Source: an uncultured Pseudomonadota bacterium (lineage in GTDB: Bacteria; Vulcanimicrobiota; Vulcanimicrobiia; Eremiobacterales; Eremiobacteraceae). Taken from it: a stretch of 64,000 bases of DNA. The notes under the pieces were generated by a model, which worked only from the letters and a program-made list of their open reading frames with translations, was not told the DNA's origin and searched no databases. Position 1 is the first letter of the stretch. Every line of letters starts with the position of its first letter. Position numbers and translations under genes: made by a program. The stretch covers positions 864,001-928,000 of the forward strand of contig CAVTNB010000001.1 in NCBI GenBank assembly GCA_963736005.1, written 5' to 3'. This document shows, in pieces, positions 38,945 through 48,817 of this stretch.

Positions 38945-41527
38945 TTACGGGGTGACTTGTTCCATCGCGTAGGCTTCGATGACGTCGCCCTGTTTGATGT
39001 CGTTAAAGTTTTCGATCGCCATGCCGCACTCATACCCTTCCGTCACTTCGCGTACGTCGTCTTTGAAGCGTTTCAGAGAAGCTAGTTTTCCTTCGTAGAC
39101 GATGGCGCTGTCGCGCAGCACTCGAACGCCGGCATCTCGGGTGATCTTGCCGCTCTTGACGTAGCAGCCGGCGATGGTGCCGATCTTGCTGACTTTGAAG
39201 ATCTGACGCACTTCGGCTTGACCCAGCACGACCTCGCGCTCTTGCGGCTTGAGCATGCCGGTCATGGCTGCTTTGACCTCATCGATGGCATTGTAGATGA
39301 CGTCGTAGAGGCGAATGTCCACACCTTCCGCTTCTGCCTTCCGAGCGATCGTTGCGTCGGGTCGGATATTGAAGCCTATGATGATGGCGTTGGACGCGCT
39401 CGCGAGCATGACGTCGGACTCGTTAATGCCGCCCACGCCCGTATGGATGACGCGCGTGCGCACTTCGTCGTTGACCAGACCGTCGAGCTGCGAGCGCAGA
39501 GCTTCGGCTGAGCCTTGCGCATCGGCTTTGATGATCAAGTTGAGCTCTTTGAGTCCGCCCTCTTTGGCTTGCGCCAAGAAGCCATCGAGCGTCACCGTGC
39601 GACGCGTTGTGGCCATGCGCTGTTCGCGCTTGCGCTGGCTGCGCTTAGCAGCAAGCTCGCGCGCGTCGCGTTCATCGGAGACCACTTCGAGGATGTCGCC
39701 CGCTGATGGCACGTCGGACAAGCCCATGATTTCTGCTGGAATCGACGGCCCCGCGCGTTTGATTGGCTCGAGTTTGTCATCGAACATGGCGCGCACGCGA
39801 CCCCAGGCCGAACCCACGACCACGACATCGCCGTTGCGCAGCGTGCCGTTCTTGACGAGGACGGTGGCAACCGGACCACGCGACCGGTCCAGAAGTGCTT
39901 CAATGATCACGGCTTGCGCGCGGCGGTTCTTATTCGCCCGCAGCTCCAGCAAATCGGCATTGAGCAACACCATCTCGAGCAGTTCGTCAAGGCCGGTCTT
40001 CTGTTTGGCGGAGACCGGGATAAACTGCGTCTGACCGCCCCAATCTTCTGGCGTCAGTCCTAGGTCGGAGAGCTGTTGCTTCACGCGGTCGACATTGGCG
40101 TTTGGTTTGTCGACCTTGTTCACGGCCACGACGATGGGCACGCCAGCTGCACGCGCGTGATTCATGGCTTCAATGGTTTGCGGCATGACGCCGTCGTCTG
40201 CAGCAACCACCAAGATGGCGACGTCGGTGACTTTGGCACCACGCGCGCGCATTTCGGTAAACGCTTCGTGACCAGGCGTATCGATGAAAGTGATCTTGCG
40301 ATCGCCGTACTCGACCGTGTACGCACCGATGCGCTGTGTGATACCCCCAGCTTCGCCGGCAGCAACCTTCGTTGAGCGAATGGCGTCGAGGAGCGAGGTC
40401 TTCCCATGGTCGACGTGGCCAAGCACGGTGACAACCGGCGGCCGTGGCGTGAGCGAGCCGGCCGGGTCTGTATCGGCGACGATCTCAGGTGGCTCTTCGC
40501 CCGCTTCCTTAATAATGATGTTGAAACCAAAGCGGCGCGCGACTTGCGACGCAACATCGGAGGAGATGTGCTGGTTGATTGTGGCCATCGTCCCCATCTT
40601 GATGAGTTGGGCGATGACTGCGCCAGCCTGTGTCTCCATTGCGGCCGCAAGCTGCTGAACCGTGACGAGATCTGGGATCTCAAGGTCTTTGAGAACAGCC
40701 GGCTCGGCAACTGGAGCTGCCGTTGATGCTTTGTGGCGACGTTCTGTCTTCTTAAGAAGCTCCTCGCGCTCGCGTTCCTTGCGATCGCGCTCTTGATCTT
40801 CGCGGCGCTTGCGGCTAGAAGCCGGCGTGCTGGGCGGAAGCGACGGAGCCAGTGGACCTCCGCCGAGTGGACGTCCGGGCATGGGGCGTCCTGGCATCGG
40901 TCTTCCAGGCATGGGTCTGCCGGGAAGCGGTCGACCTGGCAGCGGTCGCCCAGGCAGGCCTTCGCGGCGGATGGCCGGACGAAGCGGGCCGCCAACCGGC
41001 GGTCGCGGCGCGCTGCCGAGTGGGCGCTGCATTGGGTGTTCGGCCGGCGTGGGCCCAACGGCTTGCGGCCTTGCGGCTACCGGTGCAGGCGTCGATGGTG
41101 ATGCGGAAGCAGCCGGCACAACTCTATGAGGAGCGGCCGGGCGACTGGGGCGCATGGTGGCTGGAACGGGTTTGAGTTGCGGTTCGGCGGGTGCTTGCGA
41201 TGGAACAACTGCGCTAGGCGCCGTCGCAGTGGCAACTGGAGGAAGCGCGGCGGCCTCAGCCTTAGCGGAAGCCTTAGGCTTTTCGATAGGCTTCTCCGCC
41301 GCGACCGGCGCCCCATTGCCTGCGGTTTGCTTCGCGGTTGGCTTGTGGGTCTTCGCGGCCTTGGCGAGATTGCCGAGCAACACGCCCTTGACGATTTGCG
41401 CTCGATGTTCGTCGATGATGGACATGTGCGTCGTCGCACGTATGCCGACTTTGCTCAGCAGCGCGATCGTCTCTTTGCTCGATAGCTTGAGCTCTTTCGC
41501 GAGCTCATGGACTCGTACGGTTGACAT
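38945..41527 (-). CDS. infB: Translation initiation factor IF-2
   Basis: [38 protein letters not shown]. Confidence 0.98.
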   Translation of the reverse strand: MSTVRVHELAKELKLSSKETIALLSKVGIRATTHMSIIDEHRAQIVKGVLLGNLAKAAKTHKPTAKQTAGNGAPVAAEKPIEKPKASAKAEAAALPPVATATAPSAVVPSQAPAEPQLKPVPATMRPSRPAAPHRVVPAASASPSTPAPVAARPQAVGPTPAEHPMQRPLGSAPRPPVGGPLRPAIRREGLPGRPLPGRPLPGRPMPGRPMPGRPMPGRPLGGGPLAPSLPPSTPASSRKRREDQERDRKEREREELLKKTERRHKASTAAPVAEPAVLKDLEIPDLVTVQQLAAAMETQAGAVIAQLIKMGTMATINQHISSDVASQVARRFGFNIIIKEAGEEPPEIVADTDPAGSLTPRPPVVTVLGHVDHGKTSLLDAIRSTKVAAGEAGGITQRIGAYTVEYGDRKITFIDTPGHEAFTEMRARGAKVTDVAILVVAADDGVMPQTIEAMNHARAAGVPIVVAVNKVDKPNANVDRVKQQLSDLGLTPEDWGGQTQFIPVSAKQKTGLDELLEMVLLNADLLELRANKNRRAQAVIIEALLDRSRGPVATVLVKNGTLRNGDVVVVGSAWGRVRAMFDDKLEPIKRAGPSIPAEIMGLSDVPSAGDILEVVSDERDARELAAKRSQRKREQRMATTRRTVTLDGFLAQAKEGGLKELNLIIKADAQGSAEALRSQLDGLVNDEVRTRVIHTGVGGINESDVMLASASNAIIIGFNIRPDATIARKAEAEGVDIRLYDVIYNAIDEVKAAMTGMLKPQEREVVLGQAEVRQIFKVSKIGTIAGCYVKSGKITRDAGVRVLRDSAIVYEGKLASLKRFKDDVREVTEGYECGMAIENFNDIKQGDVIEAYAMEQVTP

Positions 41528-41538
41528 TTTCTCCTATT

Positions 41539-41614
41539 GGGCGACTTGAAGGTCGCTCGTAGTTGGGGCGATTTTCCAATCGCCCCCCAACATTTTTGGC
41601 GATTTCCAATCGCC
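41539..41614 (-). repeat. REP cluster (B, A, degenerate A) between ylxR and infB
   Basis: 41539-41559, 41565-41591 and 41598-41614. Confidence 0.85.
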
Positions 41615-41616
41615 GG

Positions 41617-41859
41617 TTATAGTTTTCGGGCCTCCCAGGGAGCTTCGCTTGCAACGCCGCTCAGTGCCCTGTATCGCTTGTTCTTCGACACGCGTGTTCC
41701 ACACTCCGGTGAACACAGGTATGCCCCCCGGCCGCTTTTGCGCCCGCTCGCGTCCACGCTCCACCCGGTGCTGTCGTGGACGAAGCGCATGAGCCGAAAC
41801 TTTTCGGCTCGAGTCTTGCACGCCACGCATTGCCGGGTGGGCACATGACCTTTGTTCAC
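41617..41859 (-). CDS. ylxR: YlxR/DUF448 RNA-binding protein
   Basis: PTRQCVAC...LMRFV...GRGAYLC; located between nusA and infB. Confidence 0.9.
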   Translation of the reverse strand: MNKGHVPTRQCVACKTRAEKFRLMRFVHDSTGWSVDASGRKSGRGAYLCSPECGTRVSKNKRYRALSGVASEAPWEARKL

Positions 41860-41864
41860 CTTGC

Positions 41865-43208
41865 CTAGTTCCCCGCACCAGTCCTGTCGCTGTCCTCCTC
41901 GGCTACGGGTTCGTCCTCGCCGTCATCTGTTACGCGCTGCAACTCTTGCAACTTGCGGATGAGATCTTCGTCCTGCGCGAGCATTTCTGGGGTGAGCTCG
42001 ACGCCAGTCTGCTCGGCGGCAATTTCCGCCATGGCCGCAACTTGCTCGTCATCTTTTTCCTCTTCGACGCGCTGCTCGACGACCTGCGTCCATTGCTCTT
42101 CGCTATGGATGTCGATGCGCCAGCCGGTCAGCTTCGCGGCAAGTCGCACGTTTTGCCCTTCCTTGCCAATGGCCAGCGATAATTGGTGCTCGGGCACGAC
42201 GGCTTCTGCGAGGTGCTCGCGCTCGTTGAGATGGACCGAGACAACTTTTGCGGGCTGCAAGGCATTGGCGACGTAGGTTGCAGTATCTGCCGACCATTGG
42301 ATGACGTCTATTTTTTCGCCGTGGAGTTCCTCGCTGATGTTGTTCACGCGAGAACTACGCGGACCGAGGCACGCGCCCACGGCGTCAATATCCTCTTCAT
42401 TCGTCCAGACCGAAACTTTGGAGCGAGATCCGGCCTCGCGCGCGACATCTTTGATTTCGACCAGACCTTGATCGACTTCCGGAATTTCCTGCTCGAAGAG
42501 ACGACGCACGAGATTTGCGTGGCTGCGAGAGAGAATGACTTGCGGGCCCTTGTTTGTCTTGCGAACCTCCATGACGTAGACGCGAATGCGCGAGCCGATG
42601 CGAAATGATTCGCGCGGGACTTGCTCCGAGAGCGGCAAGATGGCTTCCGCCTTGTCGAGATCGATGAACATGTTTCGCTGCTCGTAGCGCTGCACCGTTC
42701 CGGTGATGAGGCGATCCAACTTCTCGTTGAATTCGTCGAACACCACGTCGCGCTCGGCCTCGCGGATGCGCTGCACGATGACTTGCTTGGCCGTCTGTGC
42801 AGCAATGCGCCCGAATTCTTTGGGCGTGACTTCGATGTCGTAGTTATCCCCGATCTTGTATTTGCCGCCTGCGTCGGCGACGCTAAGCTCGAGAACCGGA
42901 TCGGTCACTCCTTCGACGACTGCGCGCCGGGCAAAAACGCGATAGGATCCGTCGTTGCGATCGACGATGACAACTGGATTGCCGACGGCCTCGGCTTCGC
43001 GCACGAAGTTTCGCTTGTAGGCAGAAACGAGCGCAGCTTCGAGGGCCTCGAGCAATGTGTCGGCGGGCAAATTCCGGTCGCGCTCCAGTTCTTTGAGCGC
43101 TTCGATCAGTTCCGGATTGGGCTTTGCAGGTGCGACTGCAGAGGACCCATTGCCGCCAGCGGCTGATTTCTTCAATGTTTTTCGGGGCGCCATTATCGCT
43201 TCTTCCAT
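41865..43208 (-). CDS. nusA: Transcription termination/antitermination factor NusA
   Basis: [36 protein letters not shown]. Confidence 0.97.
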   Translation of the reverse strand: MEEAIMAPRKTLKKSAAGGNGSSAVAPAKPNPELIEALKELERDRNLPADTLLEALEAALVSAYKRNFVREAEAVGNPVVIVDRNDGSYRVFARRAVVEGVTDPVLELSVADAGGKYKIGDNYDIEVTPKEFGRIAAQTAKQVIVQRIREAERDVVFDEFNEKLDRLITGTVQRYEQRNMFIDLDKAEAILPLSEQVPRESFRIGSRIRVYVMEVRKTNKGPQVILSRSHANLVRRLFEQEIPEVDQGLVEIKDVAREAGSRSKVSVWTNEEDIDAVGACLGPRSSRVNNISEELHGEKIDVIQWSADTATYVANALQPAKVVSVHLNEREHLAEAVVPEHQLSLAIGKEGQNVRLAAKLTGWRIDIHSEEQWTQVVEQRVEEEKDDEQVAAMAEIAAEQTGVELTPEMLAQDEDLIRKLQELQRVTDDGEDEPVAEEDSDRTGAGN

Positions 43209-43221
43209 CCATTAAGACTGC

Positions 43222-43248
43222 AAAAGGAGTGGGCGACCCACTCCTTTT
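43222..43248 (-). terminator. Leader hairpin/attenuator upstream of nusA
   Basis: AAAAGGAGTGGG-TCG-CCCACTCCTTTT with a short U-tract. Confidence 0.8.
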
Positions 43249-43263
43249 CAGGATATCAGTGAC

Positions 43264-43292
43264 ATTTTACCAGATGGAGTTCCAACGTGCAA
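43264..43292 (-). promoter_or_regulatory. Sigma70-type promoter for nusA
   Basis: TTGCAC-17 bp-TAAAAT with extended -10 TG. Confidence 0.75.
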
Positions 43293-43383
43293 GGGGTTCG
43301 AGAAGCTTATTTGAGCTGGAATGTGAGCCCTAGAACAAGTGCTAGGGTACAGGCTCGGATTATGGTCATGTGCGGTATCTCCC

Positions 43384-43408
43384 CGCGCGAGTAAACTCGC
43401 GCGACTAC
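43384..43408 (-). repeat. REP family D variant
   Basis: GTAGT-CGCGCGAG-TTTA-CTCGCGCG, a compensatory change relative to CGCGCGAA/TTCGCGCG. Confidence 0.88.
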
Positions 43409-43422
43409 ATGAGCATCCTTTG

Positions 43423-43923
43423 TCATGACGTTTTGCGTCTGAGGTCGTCGCGTGGGTCATACACGAGGTTGGCGCGCTTAATCGCCGCGTACGGAATGAG
43501 GGTTACTCCCGCATATTTGTCATTGATCGTGACCATGTCGTCGTCAGCTTGCTCGATCTCGCCTGTGAACTCCGTTCGATTCTTAATGCGTAGCGTCGTA
43601 ATCACATTGATCAGTCTACCTCGAAATCGGCGGTAGTGCTCCGGTCGGAGCAGTGGTCGGGCGAGCCCGGCGGAAGCGACTTCGAGCGAAAAAAGAGGAA
43701 CGGGCGGCGGAAGCTCTTCGATGCGACGTTCAATGTAGCGCGACACAGCTTCGCAGAGGTTCGAATCTACCCCGCTTTCGCGATCGATCATGATGCTCAC
43801 GTGGAAAGTGCGATGCTCTTTGTGGACGACGCATTTGAGGACCTCGACATCGTAGAATTGGGGCACGCTCGTTAAACGCCCACAAAGCTCCTCGATCCTT
43901 TGTTGCATGGATACATTGATCAT
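43423..43923 (-). CDS. rimP: Ribosome maturation factor RimP
   Basis: IDRESGV...CEAVSR...LEVASAGLARPL..PEHYRRF.G. Confidence 0.93.
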   Translation of the reverse strand: MINVSMQQRIEELCGRLTSVPQFYDVEVLKCVVHKEHRTFHVSIMIDRESGVDSNLCEAVSRYIERRIEELPPPVPLFSLEVASAGLARPLLRPEHYRRFRGRLINVITTLRIKNRTEFTGEIEQADDDMVTINDKYAGVTLIPYAAIKRANLVYDPRDDLRRKTS

Positions 43924-44699
43924 ACGAGTTGGTTAAGCGGTACGATCTGCACGCCCGCTCTCGTGAGTGCGGATCGAACTGCCGATGCCGTTTCGGTTGC
44001 GTTGGGACTATCGCCGTGAATGCACAGCGTTTGGGCGTCGATACGTACGGCTCGACCATTAACCGCCGTGACTTGCTTCTTCACGACGATCTCGACCGCT
44101 TGGGCAGCCGTCTGAGTTGGATCGTCGAGCACAGCTCCCGGGTGGGTTCGGCTCCGTAACGAGCCATCGGCTTCGTAGGCACGATCGCAAAAAGCCTCGG
44201 CAGCGGTTCGCAACCCCGCAGCCTTTGCGGCCGCAATGGAGTGCGAGCCTGCAAGTCCCACCAGAATGAGGTCGCGATCGTAGGCTGCTACCGAGCGCGC
44301 CACGGCCGCTGCGAGTGCTGGGTTCTTGGCGGCATCGTTGTAGAGCGCGCCGTGGGGCTTGACGTGCGCGATCTTGACACCGAGGGATCGCCCTATCGCC
44401 GACACTGCGCCGATTTGATAGGCAATCGCGCTTTCGAGCTCGTCAGGCGATATCTCCATCGAGCGCCGGCCAAATCCGGTCGTGTCTGGATACGAAGGGT
44501 GCGCTCCAACGGAAACGCTGTGTGCAGCGGCGGCTTTAATAGTGGCGGCAATGATGTTCGGATCGCCCGCGTGAAAACCACAGGCGACGTTTCCCGAGGT
44601 AACGTAACGGAAGATCGGTTCGTCGTCGCCGACGCGTCGGGCGCCAAACGCTTCGCCGACATCGGCGTTGAGGTCAACCCGCAGGGTTTGGTTCATCAA
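43920..44699 (-). CDS. pxpA: 5-oxoprolinase subunit A (LamB/YcsF)
   Basis: DLNADVGE, NVACGFHAGD, HVKPHGALYN, CIHGDSP. Confidence 0.95.
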   Translation of the reverse strand: MMNQTLRVDLNADVGEAFGARRVGDDEPIFRYVTSGNVACGFHAGDPNIIAATIKAAAAHSVSVGAHPSYPDTTGFGRRSMEISPDELESAIAYQIGAVSAIGRSLGVKIAHVKPHGALYNDAAKNPALAAAVARSVAAYDRDLILVGLAGSHSIAAAKAAGLRTAAEAFCDRAYEADGSLRSRTHPGAVLDDPTQTAAQAVEIVVKKQVTAVNGRAVRIDAQTLCIHGDSPNATETASAVRSALTRAGVQIVPLNQLV

Positions 44700-45639
44700 G
44701 GCTTTCGGTAAGAGCTTGCATCTTTTCGGCGAGTGCGACAGCAGCCTCTGGTTGGGTGACCATTCGAAACCGGAGCTGATCTCCAGGGCGAAGTTGTGCC
44801 GCGTCAGGGATGTCCGCCGAAATTACGGTGAGCGGCACCGCATAGCCTCCGGTCGTTTGGTGCTCCGCAAGCAAGACAATCGGCTGACCGTCGCTCGAGA
44901 GCTGGACGCAGCCCGAGCAAACCCCAACAGAGATTGCGTCGTAGCCCGCTACGCTGGCGAGCGCTTGGCCTTCAAGACGAACGCCTTGGCGGCTGCTGCG
45001 CGGCGATACGCGATAGGTTTGTTTTTGGAGAAAGGCGAGATCCTCAGACGTAAATCGCTTCGCGTGAAGACCAGGCAGAACGCGTAGGGTTGCCGGCTGC
45101 GCCCAGAATGGACGAGCCGACGGCGCGATCGCAAAGTCTTGTTCTGGTAATTCGCCCTCGGCTGCGATGGAGAGAAGGTCACCGCGCGCAAGCGAACGAC
45201 CGGAGAGACCGCCGAAGGCTGCCGTGATATCGGTGCTCCTACTTCCCAACACCAGTGGCACGTCAATGCCGCCAAAGAAAGCAATGTACGCTCGTAGGCC
45301 GCGCTCGGCTGCACCGAGCCGTACCTCGGCTCCTTCGCGGACGCGAAATGATTGCCACTGCGGCCGCGGACCGCCGCTGGCGACGAGCAGCGCCCGCGCT
45401 CCAGTCACCGCGATGCGCATGGGACGCAGCGCCTTAAAGGCGAATCCGGTCATGGTTGTCTCGATGAGCGCCGCCGTATATGGATTGCCGACGACACGAT
45501 TAGCCGCTCGTGCGCTCAGCCAGTCCGCAGCCCCTGATGGTGAGACGCCCATCTGCGCAACATGACGGCGACCAGCATCTTGGATGGTCGTTTGCAAACC
45601 GGGTTCGAGCACTTCAAGCATGGGTGCTTTGTCGCTCAC
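44674..45639 (-). CDS. pxpC: 5-oxoprolinase subunit C
   Basis: TTIQDAGR, LGSRSTD, QTTGGY. Confidence 0.92.
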   Translation of the reverse strand: MSDKAPMLEVLEPGLQTTIQDAGRRHVAQMGVSPSGAADWLSARAANRVVGNPYTAALIETTMTGFAFKALRPMRIAVTGARALLVASGGPRPQWQSFRVREGAEVRLGAAERGLRAYIAFFGGIDVPLVLGSRSTDITAAFGGLSGRSLARGDLLSIAAEGELPEQDFAIAPSARPFWAQPATLRVLPGLHAKRFTSEDLAFLQKQTYRVSPRSSRQGVRLEGQALASVAGYDAISVGVCSGCVQLSSDGQPIVLLAEHQTTGGYAVPLTVISADIPDAAQLRPGDQLRFRMVTQPEAAVALAEKMQALTESLDEPNPAG

Positions 45640-46325
45640 GATGCGATGGTCGCAATCGTCGCGTCAAGGGAGTCGACGGCATGAAAACGCACGCAATCGC
45701 CCGGGGCAAAGAGAGCAGCGGGCTCGCGCGTAGGATCGAAGATGTTCGCTTGCGTCTTCCCCATGATGCGCCAGCCGCCGGGCGAGGAGCGGGGATAAAT
45801 CCCGCACTGCCCGGCCGCGATTGCCACGCTTCCCGCGGGAACCCGTACGCGCGGTGTTGGCAGGCGCGGAAGATCGAGTAGTTTGGGTAGGCCAAGCAAA
45901 TACGGAAAGCCGGCAGTAAAACCTAAGAAAGCGACGCGATAGGTTGGGCGGCAGAATTCGCTCACGACTTCGTCTGGACTCAGACCGACGTGTCGGGCGA
46001 TGTCACTGAGGTCCAAGGCATGCTCGGCGCCGAAACAAACGCTCACGTCAATGCTCCTCGATTCGCTTACCGTCAGGTTCTGCGGTTGCTCCATGGCGCC
46101 GCGCACGCAGGCCATGATCGTGGCGAGCCGCGCGACGCTTGGGTCGAAACGAACGAGTACTGACGCGAAGGCAGGAACGATATCGAGGACGCTTGCGCCC
46201 AGCTGATTTCGCAACGTAGCGCACAGTGACCAGACGTAGCTGATGGTCGCTTCGTCAATCGAATCGCCCAGGACAGCGAGAACGGCGGCGTCCCCAACCG
46301 GCAATACGTCGCCCGCGAGCTTCAT
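45636..46325 (-). CDS. pxpB: 5-oxoprolinase subunit B
   Basis: GFTAGFPYL, VPAGSVAIA, YPRSSPGGW; ATG 46325 chosen. Confidence 0.92.
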   Translation of the reverse strand: MKLAGDVLPVGDAAVLAVLGDSIDEATISYVWSLCATLRNQLGASVLDIVPAFASVLVRFDPSVARLATIMACVRGAMEQPQNLTVSESRSIDVSVCFGAEHALDLSDIARHVGLSPDEVVSEFCRPTYRVAFLGFTAGFPYLLGLPKLLDLPRLPTPRVRVPAGSVAIAAGQCGIYPRSSPGGWRIMGKTQANIFDPTREPAALFAPGDCVRFHAVDSLDATIATIAS

Positions 46326-46384
46326 AACCGCTGTCGTCCGAGCCTGGGTGGGTATGTTCCTCTCGGCAATTGAACTCGAAGAAG

Positions 46385-48178
46385 ATGAGCGATTTACATT
46401 TCTCACCACGGCCCAACCGCGCGGCCGAAATCAACTGGCAGCCATGGGGCGAGACCGCGTTCGAGAGCGCGAAGGCGCAGGGCAAGCCCGTCTTGCTGGC
46501 CATTTCTGCCGTGTGGTGCCATTGGTGCCACGTCATGGATGAGACGAGCTACTCGGATGGAGCGGTCATCCAGACGATCAACGAGCGATTCATCCCGGTG
46601 CGCGTCGACAACGACCAGCGTCCCGACGTGAATGCTCGGTACAACATGGGTGGCTGGCCAACCACTGCGCTCCTCACGCCGGACGGCGAAGTGCTGTATG
46701 GCGGCACGTATATTCCCCCCGATGCAATGCGCCAAGTGCTCGCGCACGTGGACCGCTTTTATACGGATCCCAGCAATCGTTTGACCGTTGCCCAAAAGGT
46801 GAGCGAGATGAAGGCTGCTCGAGCGGGCCGTGCGCGCGCGCCTGAGGGCGGAGAGCTCGATCCGCAAACGGCGGCGAAGGTTCTGGCGCTGCTCTCCTCA
46901 GCCTTCGATGAGGAATACGGCGGATTCGGCACCGATCAGAAATTTCCGCACGTCCCGGCACTGCAGTTCCTTCTCGATTTTTACGCGCGAGAGCACAACG
47001 AGCGCGCCAAGACGATCGTCGAGCGAACTCTTCACGCGATGGCCGGCGGCGGCATGTACGATCATGTCGAGGGCGGCTTCTTCCGGTACTCAACCACGCC
47101 CGACTTTTCCGTGCCGCACTTCGAAAAAATGCTCGAAGACCTTGGGGGCTTGCTGCTCGTGTGCGCGCGGGCGAGCACGCTCTTCGAAGATGCCTCGCTT
47201 GGAGCAGTCGCTATAGACGTCAAACGTTACATGGATGCGCGTCTTTGGAACGATGAGGCCGGGGGTTATGGCGGTTCGCAGGACGCCGATGAAAAGTACT
47301 TCGAGTTAGATGCGCAGGGCCGCGCAGCGCTTCCCGCGCCATATGTGGACAAGACGTTGTATGCATCTTGGAATGCGCAGGCTGCGCGATCGCTGATCTT
47401 GGGTGCGCCGCTGGCGCAGTTCGCAGGAGCGGACGTCAATGAGTGGACGCAGCGGGGCCTTGCGATCCTCGAGACGCTGTGGAATCGCCTGCTCGATCGC
47501 GGCTTGATGTGCCGTTATTTTGACGGCAGCGGCGCTCACATTCGGGGGCTGCTCGTCGACCAAGTTTGGTGCGCTTGGGCGGCGCTCGCGGCATTTTCCG
47601 CAACCGGTGAGGTGCGCTGGCTGGATCGCGCCGGCGATTTGATCGGGCACTCCGATGCTCTCTACGACGCAGATGCGCACGTCTATCTCGATCGCTTGAA
47701 GGGCCCCGATGACGCCGGGCGACTGGCCGAGCAAACAGTATCCGTCGAAGAAAACGCACTGATGGCCCGCGCACTACTCGATTTTGCATCCTTGAGCGGC
47801 AAGTCTGTCTATGCAGAACGAGGCCAGGCAATATTGCGCCATTACGCCAGAGACTATCAGGCGCAGAATATTTTTGCGGCCGGATATGCGAGCGCGGTGC
47901 TCGACGCCCTCGAGCCTCCGATTGATGTAAACATCGTTGGCTCAGTGCGGGATCCCGTGGCCGTTGCGTTGCGTGACGCGGCGTTGAGAATTGCGTCACC
48001 CCCATTGCGCCCAAATCCCATCGACCCGGGTGCGGAACCGCAGCGCGCATCTTCTCTCGGTTACGACGCCGCAGGCATCACTGGCTACTTGTGCCGGGGA
48101 AAGATGTGCTTCGCGCGCGTTACTTCACCAGACGAATTAAAAGCCGCCCTGACATCAAATCCGGTCTCGTCCACCTAG
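46385..48178 (+). CDS. Thioredoxin-domain (DUF255/YyaL/SPATA20-like) protein
   Basis: WCHWCHVMD, GGWPTT, GGFFRYST...PHFEKML. Confidence 0.92.
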   Translation: MSDLHFSPRPNRAAEINWQPWGETAFESAKAQGKPVLLAISAVWCHWCHVMDETSYSDGAVIQTINERFIPVRVDNDQRPDVNARYNMGGWPTTALLTPDGEVLYGGTYIPPDAMRQVLAHVDRFYTDPSNRLTVAQKVSEMKAARAGRARAPEGGELDPQTAAKVLALLSSAFDEEYGGFGTDQKFPHVPALQFLLDFYAREHNERAKTIVERTLHAMAGGGMYDHVEGGFFRYSTTPDFSVPHFEKMLEDLGGLLLVCARASTLFEDASLGAVAIDVKRYMDARLWNDEAGGYGGSQDADEKYFELDAQGRAALPAPYVDKTLYASWNAQAARSLILGAPLAQFAGADVNEWTQRGLAILETLWNRLLDRGLMCRYFDGSGAHIRGLLVDQVWCAWAALAAFSATGEVRWLDRAGDLIGHSDALYDADAHVYLDRLKGPDDAGRLAEQTVSVEENALMARALLDFASLSGKSVYAERGQAILRHYARDYQAQNIFAAGYASAVLDALEPPIDVNIVGSVRDPVAVALRDAALRIASPPLRPNPIDPGAEPQRASSLGYDAAGITGYLCRGKMCFARVTSPDELKAALTSNPVSST

Positions 48179-48798
48179 GGGCGACTATCAAATCGCCCCA
48201 AGGTTCGGTAGGGGGCGATTGGAAAATCTCCCCTAAAACCACCGATCGAGAACGCCGCTATACGGATATGCGGTGATACCATCCGAGATGTTGGCGCGTA
48301 CCGGATTCGCTAGAATGTATCTCACAAAGTCTTCTACCTTTTCATATTCGCGAACAATGTGGTCGTGAAATCCGGGCTGCCAGTGCCATCGAATTTGTGA
48401 AATTTTCCAGGCTTGCTCCCGGATTCGCCGTTTTAGCTTTGCGACGATCGCTGACAGGCTGTGCTTCGCTCCGCGTAGTCTGATGAGCAGGTGCAAATGA
48501 TCCGGCATCAAGCAATAGCAATTGAGCCAGTACCAGCCCTGCTCCCGATAGGAAAAAATGACATGTCTTACAGACTCACATACCGCCGCATCAGTGAATG
48601 CTTTCCTGCGCTCGGCTACGCAGAGCGTAACGAAGTACGTGCGTTCAGCAGAATAATCAAAATCTTTCAAGCGCCGGATGACGCCGCCAGTCATGTTGGT
48701 TAAATCACTTGGGATACCGCCACCGACAAGGTATGAAGGGGCGATTTGCCAATCGCCCCCTACATAGATCTAGGGGCGATTTGCCAATCGCCCCCTAC
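48175..48798. mobile_element. REPtron: RAYT gene flanked by inverted pairs of family A REPs
   Basis: REPs at 48175-48199 and 48208-48233 (+), and 48738-48763 and 48773-48798 (-). Confidence 0.9.
48233..48694 (-). CDS. rayT: REP-associated tyrosine transposase (Y1 HUH, IS200-like)
   Basis: YFVTLC, LMPDHLHLL (HUH), WQPGFHDHIVR, YILANP (catalytic Tyr). Confidence 0.92.
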   Translation of the reverse strand: MTGGVIRRLKDFDYSAERTYFVTLCVAERRKAFTDAAVCESVRHVIFSYREQGWYWLNCYCLMPDHLHLLIRLRGAKHSLSAIVAKLKRRIREQAWKISQIRWHWQPGFHDHIVREYEKVEDFVRYILANPVRANISDGITAYPYSGVLDRWF

Positions 48799-48817
48799 AT
48801 GATGCCATGGGGGGTTT

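Noticed and set aside
41534..41878. ORF ending in GDWKSP/GGDWKIAP
   Set aside because: Alternative frame over ylxR running through intergenic REPs; not counted as a coding REP. The same applies to 26955-27143 and 48091-48276.
46514..46531. Selenocysteine recoding at the CxxC of the DUF255 protein
   Set aside because: Both Cys codons are TGC; no in-frame TGA.
48233..48694. IS200/IS605 element with TnpB
   Set aside because: No tnpB. The protein motifs and flanking multicopy GTAG palindromes fit a RAYT.
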